DNA of 64,000 nt from Perna viridis. Lineage: Eukaryota. The stretch covers positions 8,680,001-8,744,000 of the forward strand of contig CM074514.1 of NCBI GenBank assembly GCA_037379345.1, given 5' to 3'. The first letter of the stretch is position 1. The number at the start of each line of letters is the position of its first letter. The translations under genes and the position numbers were made by a program. Below, one piece after another: positions 15,001 through 27,085 of the stretch. The notes beneath the pieces were generated by a model. That model made no database searches. It saw only the letters and a program-made list of their open reading frames with translations, and was not told the origin of the DNA.

Positions 15001-18000
15001 TTGGACTTCATCAACTGGTTAACTTTTTAAAGTCCACATAGAGTAAAATAGAATTTTGTTACTCTAAAATATGGCGATAAGGATAAGAAAATACGAAATT
15101 GTGTTATCTTCTCCTCTTTACCGTTTATTGAATGGCTTTTATGTCAATAGCATATAAATATTACAAAATATGATCATAATAAAAATGGTGTGAGACAACG
15201 ATTCATATAAGCATAATCAAGGAAACCAAGGTTATAGCAGTAATCAAAAGAATGTAATCCAGGGACGAAGACAGGACATGGAAAACAGACATACACAACA
15301 AAGAACATAAAGTAACTAAAATCATACATATAAAGTTACAAAAGCAAATGAGCAACTCGAACTCCACTAAAAACTGGGAGCATGGACCAGGTGCACCGGT
15401 AGGGTAAGCGTCCTCTGCTCTTCTAGAAACATCCACCGAGTTGCTCATAAAATGTCAAGTCCGGGGTAGACAAACGAGGAAAGGAAAACTATGACCCGTT
15501 GAATAAATCAGTTTTCATGGTGCAGATGGATACACCATAACGATCCACGAATTCATAATGACGACCATAAAACTTCTGTAGTGATGACTTCATTCTTGTA
15601 GCAACAGAACCCTATTCCAGACGCTTATTTGTTAGAGTTCTAGCGCGAACATACTTCTATCACATTGATTGCCTCCAAAGCCAGAGGTACAAGAGCAAGA
15701 CTCTACTATTTCATTTGTACAGTTTCCTGGGTAACATCGGGTGCTATCTGATCGCCATGAACACGCCTCTGAAAGTAGATTGAACAGCGATATGTCAATA
15801 CATTATGTTTTATTTACAGCAATAACATTTCGAAAAGCTAGTGTTATCATATCCCTTCTTTTAAAATTGAAAAGGCATCATACGCAGCTGATAGACCTAG
15901 ATGTATATTTGTACCGACATATTGGGCAATTGAAAAATGTCTGATTTTACAATGTTCTGTTCATTTTATGGTGAGATTTATATAGGTTCAACTGTATTCT
16001 TATTAACCAAATTGATCATGTGCATAAATTTATAGGTAAGTTTGTTTCGATTTGTATGCAGGTTCCTTGTGTTTCTTTCTGTTTTGTTTGTTTGTTTTTT
16101 TCGTTTGTTTTGTTTTGTTCTGTGTTTTTGTTTTATTTTGTGTTTTTTTATCTTTGTTTTTTTTTATTATTTTGCATACTTTTTTTCTTTATATTTTTAG
16201 TCATTTTTTTACTTACTTCTACATTGTTTCATAGCTCCATCATAATGGCGTGTATATCCTCTAAAGTATATCTTGTCCAATATCTCGTTCTGACACCATT
16301 CGCAATAGTTATCACTTATTGAGTTACACCTTCGATGGTTACAATTATCAATACTCGGACAAACTAAAGAATAGTAGAAAAAAAAGAAATTAGAAAATAA
16401 ATAAATATAGTGAATCAAGTAGGATATTTAAGTTGTTTCATTGATAGAGCTTTTTAAACATTTCCAGTGGTATACAGGGATATATGAAACAAAATATTAA
16501 GTGCCCTGACGTATAACAACAAAATGATTGTATAAATGTTTGCATGGTATTTACAATCGAGTAAGCATAAAAAATGTAATTATGGCATCGACTCCACTGA
16601 TGTTCGCTGTGAACATTACCTGTGTACTTTAGGTCTAAAGTTCTGTAGTAAAATTTAGTAGAATTAAGACGATGCAGACCGAAAAAAATAGTAGTTATAA
16701 AAAACTTTATTTAACAAAATGTACAAGGAAGTAACTAATTTTCTTTTCACATCATGGGATGATGCATGTCTTTATGAATATATCGTCATTTTTGGCGACA
16801 ATGTGTGGTTTTTATGCTTTATGGTAATCTTAAAACCCCATTCAATATTTACTCAAACATTGGCCTCCAGATTGGTAAAAGCCATCCTGACAGTTAGTAC
16901 AATATCCAGGAGATGAACAAGTTCCCCCTCCACTATTACGTGAACTACCTGTACGGTATCTTATTATATCGGACGAATAAGGTTCGTTGCAAGCATTGTT
17001 AAGACGTGTACGTCCATTGCATACAGCTGAAACACAATATTGAAAGTCAAAGATAAATATTTGTTTTATTTTCTATTGTAAATAACAAAACTAATGTATT
17101 TAAATGAAATACGGTGAAAAAAAAACGTGAAGGCCTTCAATATTATAGTATTGTTATGAAGTAATTTTCATATTGATATTGGTTTATTTATAGGTCCAAG
17201 GTTTGTCATATATGCATGAGGCAACGCCAAAGGCCAATATGACGAGCTCAGGACACATAAACCACCCAATATAAAAAGTACTCAGTAATGTATTAACTAC
17301 AGGATTAAACTATTCTTTTATATAGAGTAAGCTGCCCAAAGTCATTTTATGAATAAAAAATGGTTCACTATAGGGTTATCTCGACGTGACTAACACTTTA
17401 TATTTTCTCTTCTTATGCTTGTCTTTAGAGTAAGGGTCCAATGTTGCCAAGACTTTAATAACCAAATATAGACCTCAACTAGGGAACAACTTCAACAGTA
17501 TCCCAAAACACTAACAGCATGGTTGTAAGTTACACATGGCGCTATTGATTGATGACGTCAACAGTATTGATCTGCGTTAGGAAAATATTGATTTTATTAT
17601 TAAAAAAAAACAATTTATTGCTTTCTTATTTTTCTTTCCTGATGTTCTTCACATTAAAACATACGAATTGTTTATAAATGAAGGTGATTGGGTAAAAACA
17701 ACTTTGGCTTGGTTTACCCTTCAACATAAACCGCTTCAGGGTAAGGTTTATGACCTAACGCACTAATTAATATAGGGCAGATTAATAACAATAATTAAGT
17801 ATGCAGTATGGGCATTTGGGTAATTTCAATCATAGAAAGAAAAATATATATAACAGTCCTTCCTTATGTTTAATCTTATATCAAACTTTAACGAGTCGAT
17901 CAACAAAAAAGGCTAAAAATACATACAAAAACTATTCTATTAGATGATAGACAACATATTTTATCTTTCCCAGAAGCCATTTGATGTCCTATAATCAATA

Positions 18001-21000
18001 AGATCTTAAACCCACAAAAAAGTCATGCTGATTTATACATTATGAATGATATTGGAACTTAGACACTGAGAAAAACACTGCAAATTTTGATGTTTCTTTT
18101 ATGCTTTGACGTTTAAGGTGATACGTATACAAAATCATATGAGCAAACAATCGAGTATACCCTTTGAATCAAAATTGTCGTTTTCTCTACAGGCGTTTAA
18201 CTCCATTACAATTATTAATGCGGAGATGAGACTATTATAGAAAACAACAAATATTCAAATGCAGTGACGTTTGATATTGATTGGATAGACAGTTGTATTC
18301 TCTGAAAACTGTTCGAAGTATGTCTAACTTGTTCTTATTCTATTGTTTGGTACAGAGGTGTTTTAAAGAATCAAGAAAAGGCACAATAATACAAACCTTG
18401 CTAAAATATTTTAAAGATATAGGACCATTCATACATATCTGAGCCGAAACAGTTCATATATTTGGAAAAATTGCCTTCCGCAACTACCGACCTTAACAGC
18501 AAGCATTTTTCTTTATGCTTATCATTTATATATTTTATTGGCTTTCGACTGATGTATGTTTTAGATATGTGTCAGTAAGGTTGATTGAAATGAAAGTGTT
18601 GCAGAATTTCACGCTCATCTAATTAATCACATCGATTTTGTTTTAATGAAGGCAATTTTCTCTTCATTTTCATCATTTAACCTAGTACTGTGGGTCTGTA
18701 TGATCCAATGACATGTTTGTATTATGCTTGTTTTATTTCATATATATGCTGGTTTGTATATATGCGTGTAATTTACAGTCAATCTCCAAAATTAATTTCA
18801 CAGAAACTTATCATTAAAATGGATATATCTAAGTAACGGTTTAAGTTACATGGTCATTTCATAAATATGAATTAACGACAATAAATGTCATTCGACGACA
18901 AACATTATTGCTCTGTAAAACTCTTTCACTACAGTACTTTTGAAATGTATACACATATGCACAAAGCATATTTACAGACTATTATTAACATTTTTTTATT
19001 CCAATTACTAAATCTGTTGTTTCATGTATAAATGCAATTGCTGCGTAATAAACTCGAACCGTGATTTGTTTTCTGTAACTTCAATACGTACGATAACAGT
19101 TAGGCAAAGGTGAATATCCAGAACAGCAAATGTCTATCTTACGTGATCTACAAAGCAAAAAGAAGTTATTTACTTGGCTCATAGTACCTCTTTTGACTGG
19201 GAGTATTAACCAATGTTCCCCACCAACAACCTTCATTTCCTATTCCTTATACCTATTTATTTTTCTAATCAGTTCACTTAGACATTTTATTTTCTACATA
19301 AAATAAATCTTTTTGAAAATGTTTCGTCTGTTAATTACGATTTTCCTGATATTTCTATTAACAAGTATGCCATGAGTCATATTTGTATAACCCCATGGGT
19401 CAACAGAATAGGCCTGCAGCGGTTAGCTTGTCGTAAAAGGCGACTAAATAGTGCTCAGAAACGGGGGGTTAGGTGCTCTGCCCACAGAGCAACTGGGATG
19501 TGTGCCCCAGGTGGTGGAATGGGGTACCCCTGGTGTGTCACATGCTGGGTTTGTCAGGCTATTATACCGAAAACCTGACCGCAAACCATAGTGGTGCACC
19601 GTGTTGGGAAAGATGCCACGTTCCTTGCATGTTAAAGAACCCTGCTGTGGTATTCGATAGGTGTAGGAACCTTTGCGCTCCGCCACAGGAGGCTAAATTG
19701 CCCGACCCTACCTATCCCTCCCTTTTTCTAGTGGCAATATAAATTTGTCGACCCAGTTGCCCTTGTGTCCCATCCTTTTTTTTTATTTTATCATCATTTC
19801 ATGTTCTTTTTATCATCCCTTTTATGTTCATCGTTTGAATATAGCTGAAATATTGCTACTCGGACGTTAAACCCCAACAATCAATCAATCATATTTGTAT
19901 AACGCAATCGAAAGTCGTCGCCTTTTATCTGAATGAACAGTCAAAATAAAGTTTCAAAAGCTGCCATTTTTGTGCGACCTTAAATGGCGAATCTTAAAAT
20001 GAAATTATAATACGGAAATGAATATTAAAATGAGATGTATGACCTCCCGAATCGATTGCAACTATTCCAAAATCTGTGCGACATTTAATACCAAATATTA
20101 AAATGGATGTTGAAAGAAGAAATGAATATAGAAATGAGCCCTTGTTCCGTCCCAAATTCCCCTTCACATTCTTTTTTTCAAAGATGCTTCAGGATTTGTT
20201 AAAACTTAAAAAAATATTTAATTTGTGAAAAAGCCATTGAGATGTTGTATTAAGTAATTTCCATTTTTTTATTTCGAATGCTGAAAAAGGTGAAAGGAAA
20301 TTGAGTTCCGTTCACTTTGTTGACTGTAAGGTAGTGATTAAGTACTAATCTCTGTAGAAATCAGCTAGTAAACAAATCATGGTGAAAAAAACACACACAA
20401 GTCTTTCCATAAAATCGTGTTCGAAAATGTTAACTGAAAAGCAAAAATGGCATCAATTTCCTTTTTTAATAGTCAGCAATTTCAGGTATAAATTATATAA
20501 AATGAATTCCAATTTCGTTATCAAAGTGATACATCTAACATTCCCCTATTATATATTGTAACTTTGAACTCGCTTGTCTGCATAATCTGACACTTATCAA
20601 ACGAATGAACTGTCAATTCGATTTCAATAGACCATCATCTATGTGACCACTTTGACAAATTCATTTTTTTTTTCTGAGCAAGATTTAATTTCTTTTCAAT
20701 TTTGCTTGACTCTTACAGATTCAAGTAACGAAAGACTTTTTTTCATAATATAGGTTGTATAACCTTGTTATATAAGCTTAATTGTAGTTATTTAGTTCGG
20801 TCAAAAAAAAAATCGGGTTTCAACGGAGTTTTTTCCTAAGATAGTTTTTATGAATATATATTAAGTAAATGCATTTCAGTGTTTATTCCTTTGATTTTCA
20901 CTTTGGGGTAGCCAAATTAATTATGAGTTGTGACATAAATTTCGTTTAAAACATTGCTCATATTTTGCCCTACATCACATTTTCTCCTACCTGTAACAAG

Positions 21001-22242
21001 TACAACTACTCCATCCTAAAAAGCCACAGCTGGTATAATGTGTTGTTTGTGTGTAATAATCACATCTACTGCAATAAATAGGATATAACACGTTTAAGCT
21101 TATATATGCTATATACGTTCGTTAAATTTTTTAATCATTTTATTTATTTATTTATTCAAAAAGATGAAAAATCACGAGAACAGACGAAATTTGAAAGAAG
21201 ATAAAGCTAATTTTTCTTTGCGTTTGTTTTATTTACTTGTGTTTATGCATAGTTTTGTAATTTACGACTATTGATTGTATATTTATTTATGGGTAAAATT
21301 ATGCCCACACGTAAAGGAGTAACGAAATTGAAAAACTTGAAAGACAAATGCAATTATTGATTTTTTTTTTTGGGGGGGGGGGTGTATAATTCGCGCAAGC
21401 AAAGTGAGATAAAAACGTCTTTACGAGATAAGTTGAAAGTAGGTTGTTTTGCAAGTAAGTGATTTTGAAAGAGTAATCAAGGGAACCAAAATTCTAGGGG
21501 AAATCAATAGAATTAAATCCAGGGACAAAGACCAGACATAGAAAACAGACAAAAACAACAAAAAACATAAAATAACTAAAATAATACGTACAACGTAACA
21601 AAACTGGGAGAAGAAACATCTTGGTTTATATTGTTGATTTTCGCCATTAACTATCCTTATTTATTCATACATTATAACTATGTAAAATGAGGTTTCTATG
21701 TGAGTACATTTTGATGTCTTTTATCTCTGTTCTTTGAAGAAACACCCGAAGCCCATATATGGATAAGGGATCGTGAAGAGAGAAAACAAATTACGATATT
21801 CAAGAAACTCAATTGCTACCAAAAAGGTGAACAGTTCTTGCTTCCTACAAAACAACCGCCGTGTTATTCGTTAAAGTTCGTGTTGGTTGAAATACAGGAA
21901 TTACGTTAAAGAATGACAGATGGAAATCGAATGTCATACCGGAATATCCATATTAAACCAGGTCTTGAAGACCATCTAACGGATACAACTTGTTAGTCGA
22001 TATTTTTATAAGCATGGCCGCCTTATTCAATAAATACATTGTTAAACCGAAAGAAATTATTTTTTCTTCAATTTCTCCTGTTCATTTCACACTGACAAGG
22101 TTTCTTTTGGGGGCTTCCTGAGCACAAGTGTGACAAATAAGAGTGCTTTACAAAACTGAATTATAATAACTTACTTTGACGTTACTGGCTCAAATAATAC
22201 AAGAATAATCAATAGTGCAATCATTCTTATTATATAAGGCAT
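1..22242 (-). CDS. Large secreted-type protein: signal peptide, EMI-like Cys module, EGF-like repeats, long FN3-like repeat array; 28 coding exons in window, 3' end beyond left edge; one apparent frameshift
   Basis: Hand-spliced GT-AG exons: 22242-22175, 21068-20991, 19147-19092, 17026-16853, 16363-16217, 15768-15655, 13651-13388, 13032-12900, 12806-12587, 12103-11954, 11618-11270, 10716-10422, 10162-10036, 9628-9404, 8978-8778, 8488-8235, 8067-7944, 7540-7323, 7044-6888, 6426-6146, 4670-4470, 3240-3111, 2596-2562, 2346-2205, 1889-1675, 1261-1094, 843-660, 221-1. All phases agree except one missing base in 7540-7323. N-terminus MPYIIRMIALLIILVLFEPVTS; motifs CGFLGWSSC, ICCSGY, CSCTSGFGGNQC, and repeated DTSPP..G.V.DG..W.GF.DPESG and YY.TV.A.N.AG..SDGV units. 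Confidence 0.88.
4919..5730 (+). mobile_element. Non-autonomous HINE/Helentron-like interspersed repeat (degenerate) in intron
   Basis: Starts aacaactagaggctc...gggcc...gctcacc and ends gctaacatggccattt...agctaataaaa, resembling common bivalve HINE termini. Confidence 0.45.
5740..6070 (-). mobile_element. Penelope-like retroelement 3' fragment (RT thumb region plus 3' UTR)
   Basis: Decayed translation NIP.APVYGVFISHTIRYARA...SLQKFY; 3' part similar to the copy at 15.2-15.6 kb. Confidence 0.65.
8778..8978 (-). CDS. FN3-like repeat exon ITIDTSPPQPGSVHDG...HWDGFFDPESGVKYY
   Basis: Within ORF 8745..8987; canonical splice sites, phase 0-0. Confidence 0.85.
10865..11058 (+). mobile_element. 3' UTR fragment of the same Penelope-like repeat
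   Basis: Near-identical to 24160-24345 and to the reverse complement of 15215-15400. Confidence 0.8.
14099..14346. mobile_element. Short MITE-like element with imperfect terminal inverted repeats and an internal duplication
   Basis: agggttgttacat ... atgcaataaccct; cgtaaactcgtgcaatataaaat occurs twice. Confidence 0.5.
15205..15648 (-). mobile_element. Penelope-like retroelement 3' end
   Basis: Translates RARTLTNKRLE*GSVATRMKSSLQKFYGRHYEFVDRYG, followed by the shared 3' UTR repeat. Confidence 0.75.
15655..17026 (-). CDS. Three phase 1-1 Cys-rich/EGF-like exons of the large gene
   Basis: 17026-16853 (GTCSSPGYCTNCQDGFY), 16363-16217 (CPSIDNCNHRRC), 15768-15655 (CYPGNC..CSCTSGFGGNQC). Confidence 0.8.
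19092..21068 (-). CDS. Two small exons forming an EMI-like Cys module (NRCDYY...SCGFLGWSSCTCYR/SRKIDICCSGYSPLPNCYP)
   Basis: Exons 21068-20991 and 19147-19092 with canonical splice sites and matching phases; CCxGY motif typical of EMI domains. Confidence 0.7.
19392..19888 (+). mobile_element. SINE-like/non-autonomous non-LTR retroelement with 15-bp TSD and (CAAT)n tail
   Basis: TSD tcatatttgtataac at 19377-19391 and 19889-19903; 3' end atatagctgaaatattgct...cgttaaacccc(aatc)n; second copy at 52060-52350. Confidence 0.85.
21470..21610 (-). mobile_element. Diverged 3' UTR fragment of the Penelope-like repeat
   Basis: gagtaatcaagggaaccaa...atccagggacaaagaccagaca...gaaaacagac matches the reverse complement of the 10.9 kb copy. 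Confidence 0.7.
22175..22242 (-). CDS. First coding exon: signal peptide MPYIIRMIALLIILVLFEPVTS
   Basis: AG acceptor 7 nt before the ATG, hydrophobic core, GTAAGT donor in phase 2 matching the next exon. Confidence 0.8.
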
Positions 22243-24039
22243 TTTTGTCCTACAAAAATAAAAACATTTTTAAGCCAGGAGAGACAATACATGTGGGTCA
22301 AAACTTTATATCACAATATACAGACAAGTATTTTTAACAGTAGGTGGACCATGATTTACTTTTGTGTTAACTGTAATATACATGAATGAGAAATAAGCTC
22401 GTAAAAGCATTGGTGTTTAGATGTCTAAAGGCAAATTTGTTTGTAATAAATGTAGCAACGAATTCTGTTCCCTAATGATATCTGCCAAAGCTTGAAACAC
22501 TGTTTTCATATCAAACGCAAATAAAGATTTAACTGTCTCCTGATTCTAACTTTTGAATGTAAAAAGGCTCTGTATAATTATCTAATTAAATGATTTAGAA
22601 TAGCCCTGTCTGTTTTCTCTTACCGGAAAAAAATATCTTAAATACATGTATATGTACAATGTACACATAGCATACATGTCCCTTTATAAATTCGATATTC
22701 TATATGCATTTTAACGCATTTTTGTGTGTACAAAATCCTGTCTCTTAAGATTTTTGTATATAATGTAAAATTACATTTTTTTCGTATTTAGTATACACTT
22801 TTTTTAACACACGCCAAAAAATAAAACTTTTATAAACCCTGACCCATAATTATATAAAAGCTGTCTTTGCCGCACCTTTTACGAGGTGCATGGATGAACA
22901 TCTAAATTCTCAACGGTCATGTGTACATGTCTTCATGTAGTTTTAGGATTTGTTATGAAAGGTATAATCTGATATTGGTTCCAAGCTCCTGTCGTGGTAT
23001 ATGTAGTCAGAAGTTCAGCTTTTTGTCTTTTTTTTTAATATTCATGCAGATTTTAGCGTCTTATTTTGTGTTAACAAAGTTTTATTTTATATCATTCAGC
23101 TGCCTCAAATGATACATTTCATTGATTTCTTTCCAAAGTTTTGTTATCCGCCTCCTGAAAATCTTGAAAAATAAAGGCAGGGTTGTGAACTTGGAGGGGT
23201 TGGAACAATGCATTTTACGTTGTAATGTTATATATGCATGGCTTGGCTGCGAATTATTTGAGGTTTCATGGTAAGAATATCTACGTGACATTTAAACAAA
23301 AATCGTTTTGTCAACCTGATTTTAAGATATGACAAGTTTTTTGCATTGGACTGGAAATATTATCATTTGCATAGGTAAGCGTTAATCTTCGGAAACTCAA
23401 GAAAGAAGACACCCCAGGCACCCCAACCCCGCTGTAAATATTATACGAAAGAGGAAGATTTGACGTAGCGACATATCCATTTGCTATAGAACTATACTAG
23501 AATTCGTGACAGATTATTTTCATACATTTTAACATCAGATTGCTATACGTCTTAAGAAAAAATACTATAATATTGAACCATTATTTCCTCTTTTCTCGCC
23601 ATCTTTGTGACTAATGAATACCGATAATTCCGAAAGCGGCAGGTTCTTAGCTCCCGCCGTGAATCAGACAAGACCGTAGGAGATAACGAAATGTATGATA
23701 AAATAATGAACACCCATATAGATGCATTTATTTCAATCTTTCAGGACTACTTACTTACCCAGTTTTAAAAATGTATCAAATCTATCAGAGTGAACCCTTA
23801 CATTATTTCAACTTGATAATGTTTGGAGTTTGTTATTCTCCTGGTATATGTAACACAAGAAATGCAGATAGATACTCTATAATATGACAGATCTTTTCAT
23901 TCTTCGTTGCCGAGAAAAATTTATAGGAAATATAATTGAATGATCCTATATTGTTGAAACTCATTGCCGACAATACCAGTACTTCACCAAGTATAACAGT
24001 GCTGAGTGGTGAAGTTACAATGATAGTGGCAATTATCAT

Positions 24040-24350
24040 ATAAACTGATTTATTCAACGGGTCATAGTTTTCCTTTCCTCGTTTGTCTACCACGGACTTG
24101 ACTTTTTATGAGCAACTCGGCGGGTGTTTCTAGAAAAGCAGAGGACAATTACCCTACCGGTGCACCTAGTCCATGCTCCCAGTTTTTAGTGGAGTCCGAG
24201 TTGCTCATTTGCTTTTGTTACTTTGTATGTATGATTTTAGTTACTTTATGTTCTTTGTTGTGTATGTTTGTTTTCCATGTCGGGTCTTTGTCCCTGGATT
24301 ACATTCTTTTGATTATCGCTATAACCTTGGTTCCCTTGGTTACTCTTTCT
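24040..24350 (+). mobile_element. Penelope-like repeat 3' end
   Basis: Near-identical reverse complement of 15215-15515; a diverged inverted fragment follows at about 24400-24520. Confidence 0.8.
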
Positions 24351-26313
24351 TATTATTGTTTATATTAGTTCTTTGTATTGATTTTATTCGTAAGTAGAAA
24401 AAGTAATCAAAGATACCAAGATTTTAATGGAAATCAAAAGATCATTATCCAGGGATAAAGAGGTCAATACAAACAGAAACACACACAACACAGATCATAA
24501 ATAACCAAAAAAGGTAATACAAAACCAGTTAACAAATCAATATAGACCATGATTTCCAAGTTAATAAAGATTTATTTGTGCTCAAAGAGCAAACAGGGAT
24601 CGGAAAAAAAGTTTTCCGACTCACGTGGTCTTCACCCCCTCAATACAATTTATCACAACAATTTCAATATAAACGCAGAAGCATGCAACCGTTGAACAAT
24701 CATTACCAAAGGACATTTACATGTAAAGCAACAGCAATAATAACAGTGGAAAGATTGGACACGATAAAAGTAGAAATCCGTTGACAAATGAAATATTTAA
24801 GTATTTCAAAATCTAGGTGTCGTTATTCTTGTTTTACAAGGGGTCGGTCAGGAAAAAGCTGACAGAATCTATTGTGTAAAACATTTTGGCCTCTTTAATG
24901 CTATGTTTTTTTTATGTTAAAATGAACAAAGATTCCCAGCATGTCAGTGTATTTTTTCCAAAATGAAATTGAAGTGAGTGGTTTTTTTTTTCAGTGTAAG
25001 TTGTGGCAGTGGAAAGTATGTAGGGTTGTTTGTCAAGTGGTTTTTGCAGATTGGTGCCGCCAATTTATTGACTTTGCTTTTCGGATGTTTCGAGTTTATT
25101 GACCACCATGTTCGCAAGGAAACTCATTGCTGCGTATATAGTTAACTTAATGCATATGGTATCAATCTTTTTTTGTCACAAGTCTTATAATGCGTGCTTT
25201 CGTCATACATATACGATATTTCACGTTAATTTGCAAAATTATCGGGTATTTTGCGAAATTATCGAGTTATAACACAATAGTATCAAGTTATTATAAAAGT
25301 ACCGCATTATAACGCGAAAATAATCTTTTTAGTCTACCAAAATATGCTCGATGGGCTTTTGTTGATTTTGAACATAATGTGTGTCCAACAAATATATCAA
25401 AAATTGATATGGATAAAGTTAAATACCTTTGGCATTGTTTGTTGCCAATTTGGCAAGTTGAAATGACATGTATTCATTATTATATTAATTAAATTAATTA
25501 TATAATTATATTAAAGGGTTTTGAAGAATATAATATTTTATTCTTCAATTAATGGAAACAAACAGATACAAACAATCCGCATTGTAAAATGTAAAAGATA
25601 CCATCAATATAAATGCAGACGGAGTACAAATAACCACGACAGTGATGTTGTTTACGAGATCTTTAATTTGTGAATAAAAACATTTGATATAGGCCATTAC
25701 CTTCGAGGCATTCGGGAAGTTTGCACGCAGCATCGTAGAGGGAATTTCCGAAGTTTTATTATCCATACATATTTTTTACATTAACAACACCCTTTCTGTT
25801 CTGATGATTTAAACTTATTAAAATGCCATCAGTTGTTTTTCTTTACCTATGGATACACAGGTTTGTGCAAAACAACTTTAGGTGCTGTTCATTTGTTAAT
25901 AAAACAAGGACAATCTCGCTTCTTATATTTTATCTAAAACCTAAGACGTTTGATAAATTTACAAACTAGTCGTTGATATTGATGTAGAAATGAATATTTT
26001 CATATTAAATCTACTCCAAAGGTCCACTTTAACTGATACGTGAATGCAAATGCGTGATTTAAATTGGGTCTTTCTGCCCTGACATTTAAGGAAACACTGA
26101 ATTTTGTCTAATTCTCATGACCATTCGGCTAACTAGACTGTACAGCCATATTAATTCCTCGTAATAATTTTACAGCGTAAACGATATCGCAAAGAAAGTT
26201 TTGTAATTAAATAATAATACAAATCTATTTTCTGTTCACAAGAAACATTTTTGTTTATATATTATAGACTATATGTAATATATATAATTCTTATATAGAA
26301 TTATAACATTAAT

Positions 26314-26470
26314 ACTTACCAAATCACCCTTGACTTCATTCAAACAGGTTTTGATAGGTTCTTCTCGGTTTAATTTAACGGCCTATTCGTGGTATGTTTA
26401 CAATTCTCCTGCCGAATCAGTAACATCGATTATCACCATAATTTGATTGGCTAAAAATCTGTTGGGCGGT
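26314..26470 (-). promoter_or_regulatory. Candidate promoter and non-coding first exon of the large FN3-like gene
   Basis: GTAAGT donor at 26319-26314, with a CCAAT box (gattgg, about 26445) and a GC box (gggcgg, about 26464) upstream; the ATG exon has an acceptor and so needs a 5' UTR exon. Confidence 0.3.
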
Positions 26471-26875
26471 TCCTGATGATTACAGCTAAGTACCGAAGTG
26501 TCTAACAAGGTATAAACACGGTCGTACAGCTATTTTATCAGATTACACCTTTGGTAAGAACATTTTATCGATTTAATTATGATTCTATGAAGCAGTCTTG
26601 AAAAACCTGAACCCAAAAGTTAACTAGACAATGGAGAATATAAATCTTTAAGCTTTATTTGAAGTCATACAAGTTCAAAGTGACTTTATAAACATACACA
26701 TTCATTACAAACATTACACATTATATATACGACAATGAATACAATGTAAAGATGTATTTCTTTCGTATGTCCGGGATGTGCCGAACATGTTTCGGTGAAT
26801 GAAGTAACACGGAACACTCTGCGCAAACAAACATAACAGTCTGCGGGCTGCAGGTGCACACAGAATTCCACTGAA

Positions 26876-27085
26876 TCGTCTGTACACAGGAAATAGGTAC
26901 CAGGACTGGTTTTCGGTATATTTAATAGATGATTACCGTTAGTGTACGGTGATTCCAGTTTATAGCTACTATACACTATACAGTACCAACGTGGCTATAA
27001 ACTGGAACCACCGTACACCTAGGGAAAGAATGAATTGAAAAAACAGAAAACCAGTCCTGGTACCTATTTTCTGTGTACAGATGAT
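26876..27085. repeat. About 210-bp interrupted palindrome with two pairs of arms
   Basis: Outer arms 26876-26914 and 27046-27085; inner arms 26942-26966 and 26994-27018. Confidence 0.9.

Noticed and set aside
16020-16322. Phe-rich 'membrane protein' ORFs
   Set aside because: T-rich low-complexity intron plus the antisense of a real exon
19174-19252. Possible extra exon (GCWWGTLVNTPSQKRYYEP)
   Set aside because: Stops in the required phase and only about 26 nt to the next acceptor; the gene splices correctly without it
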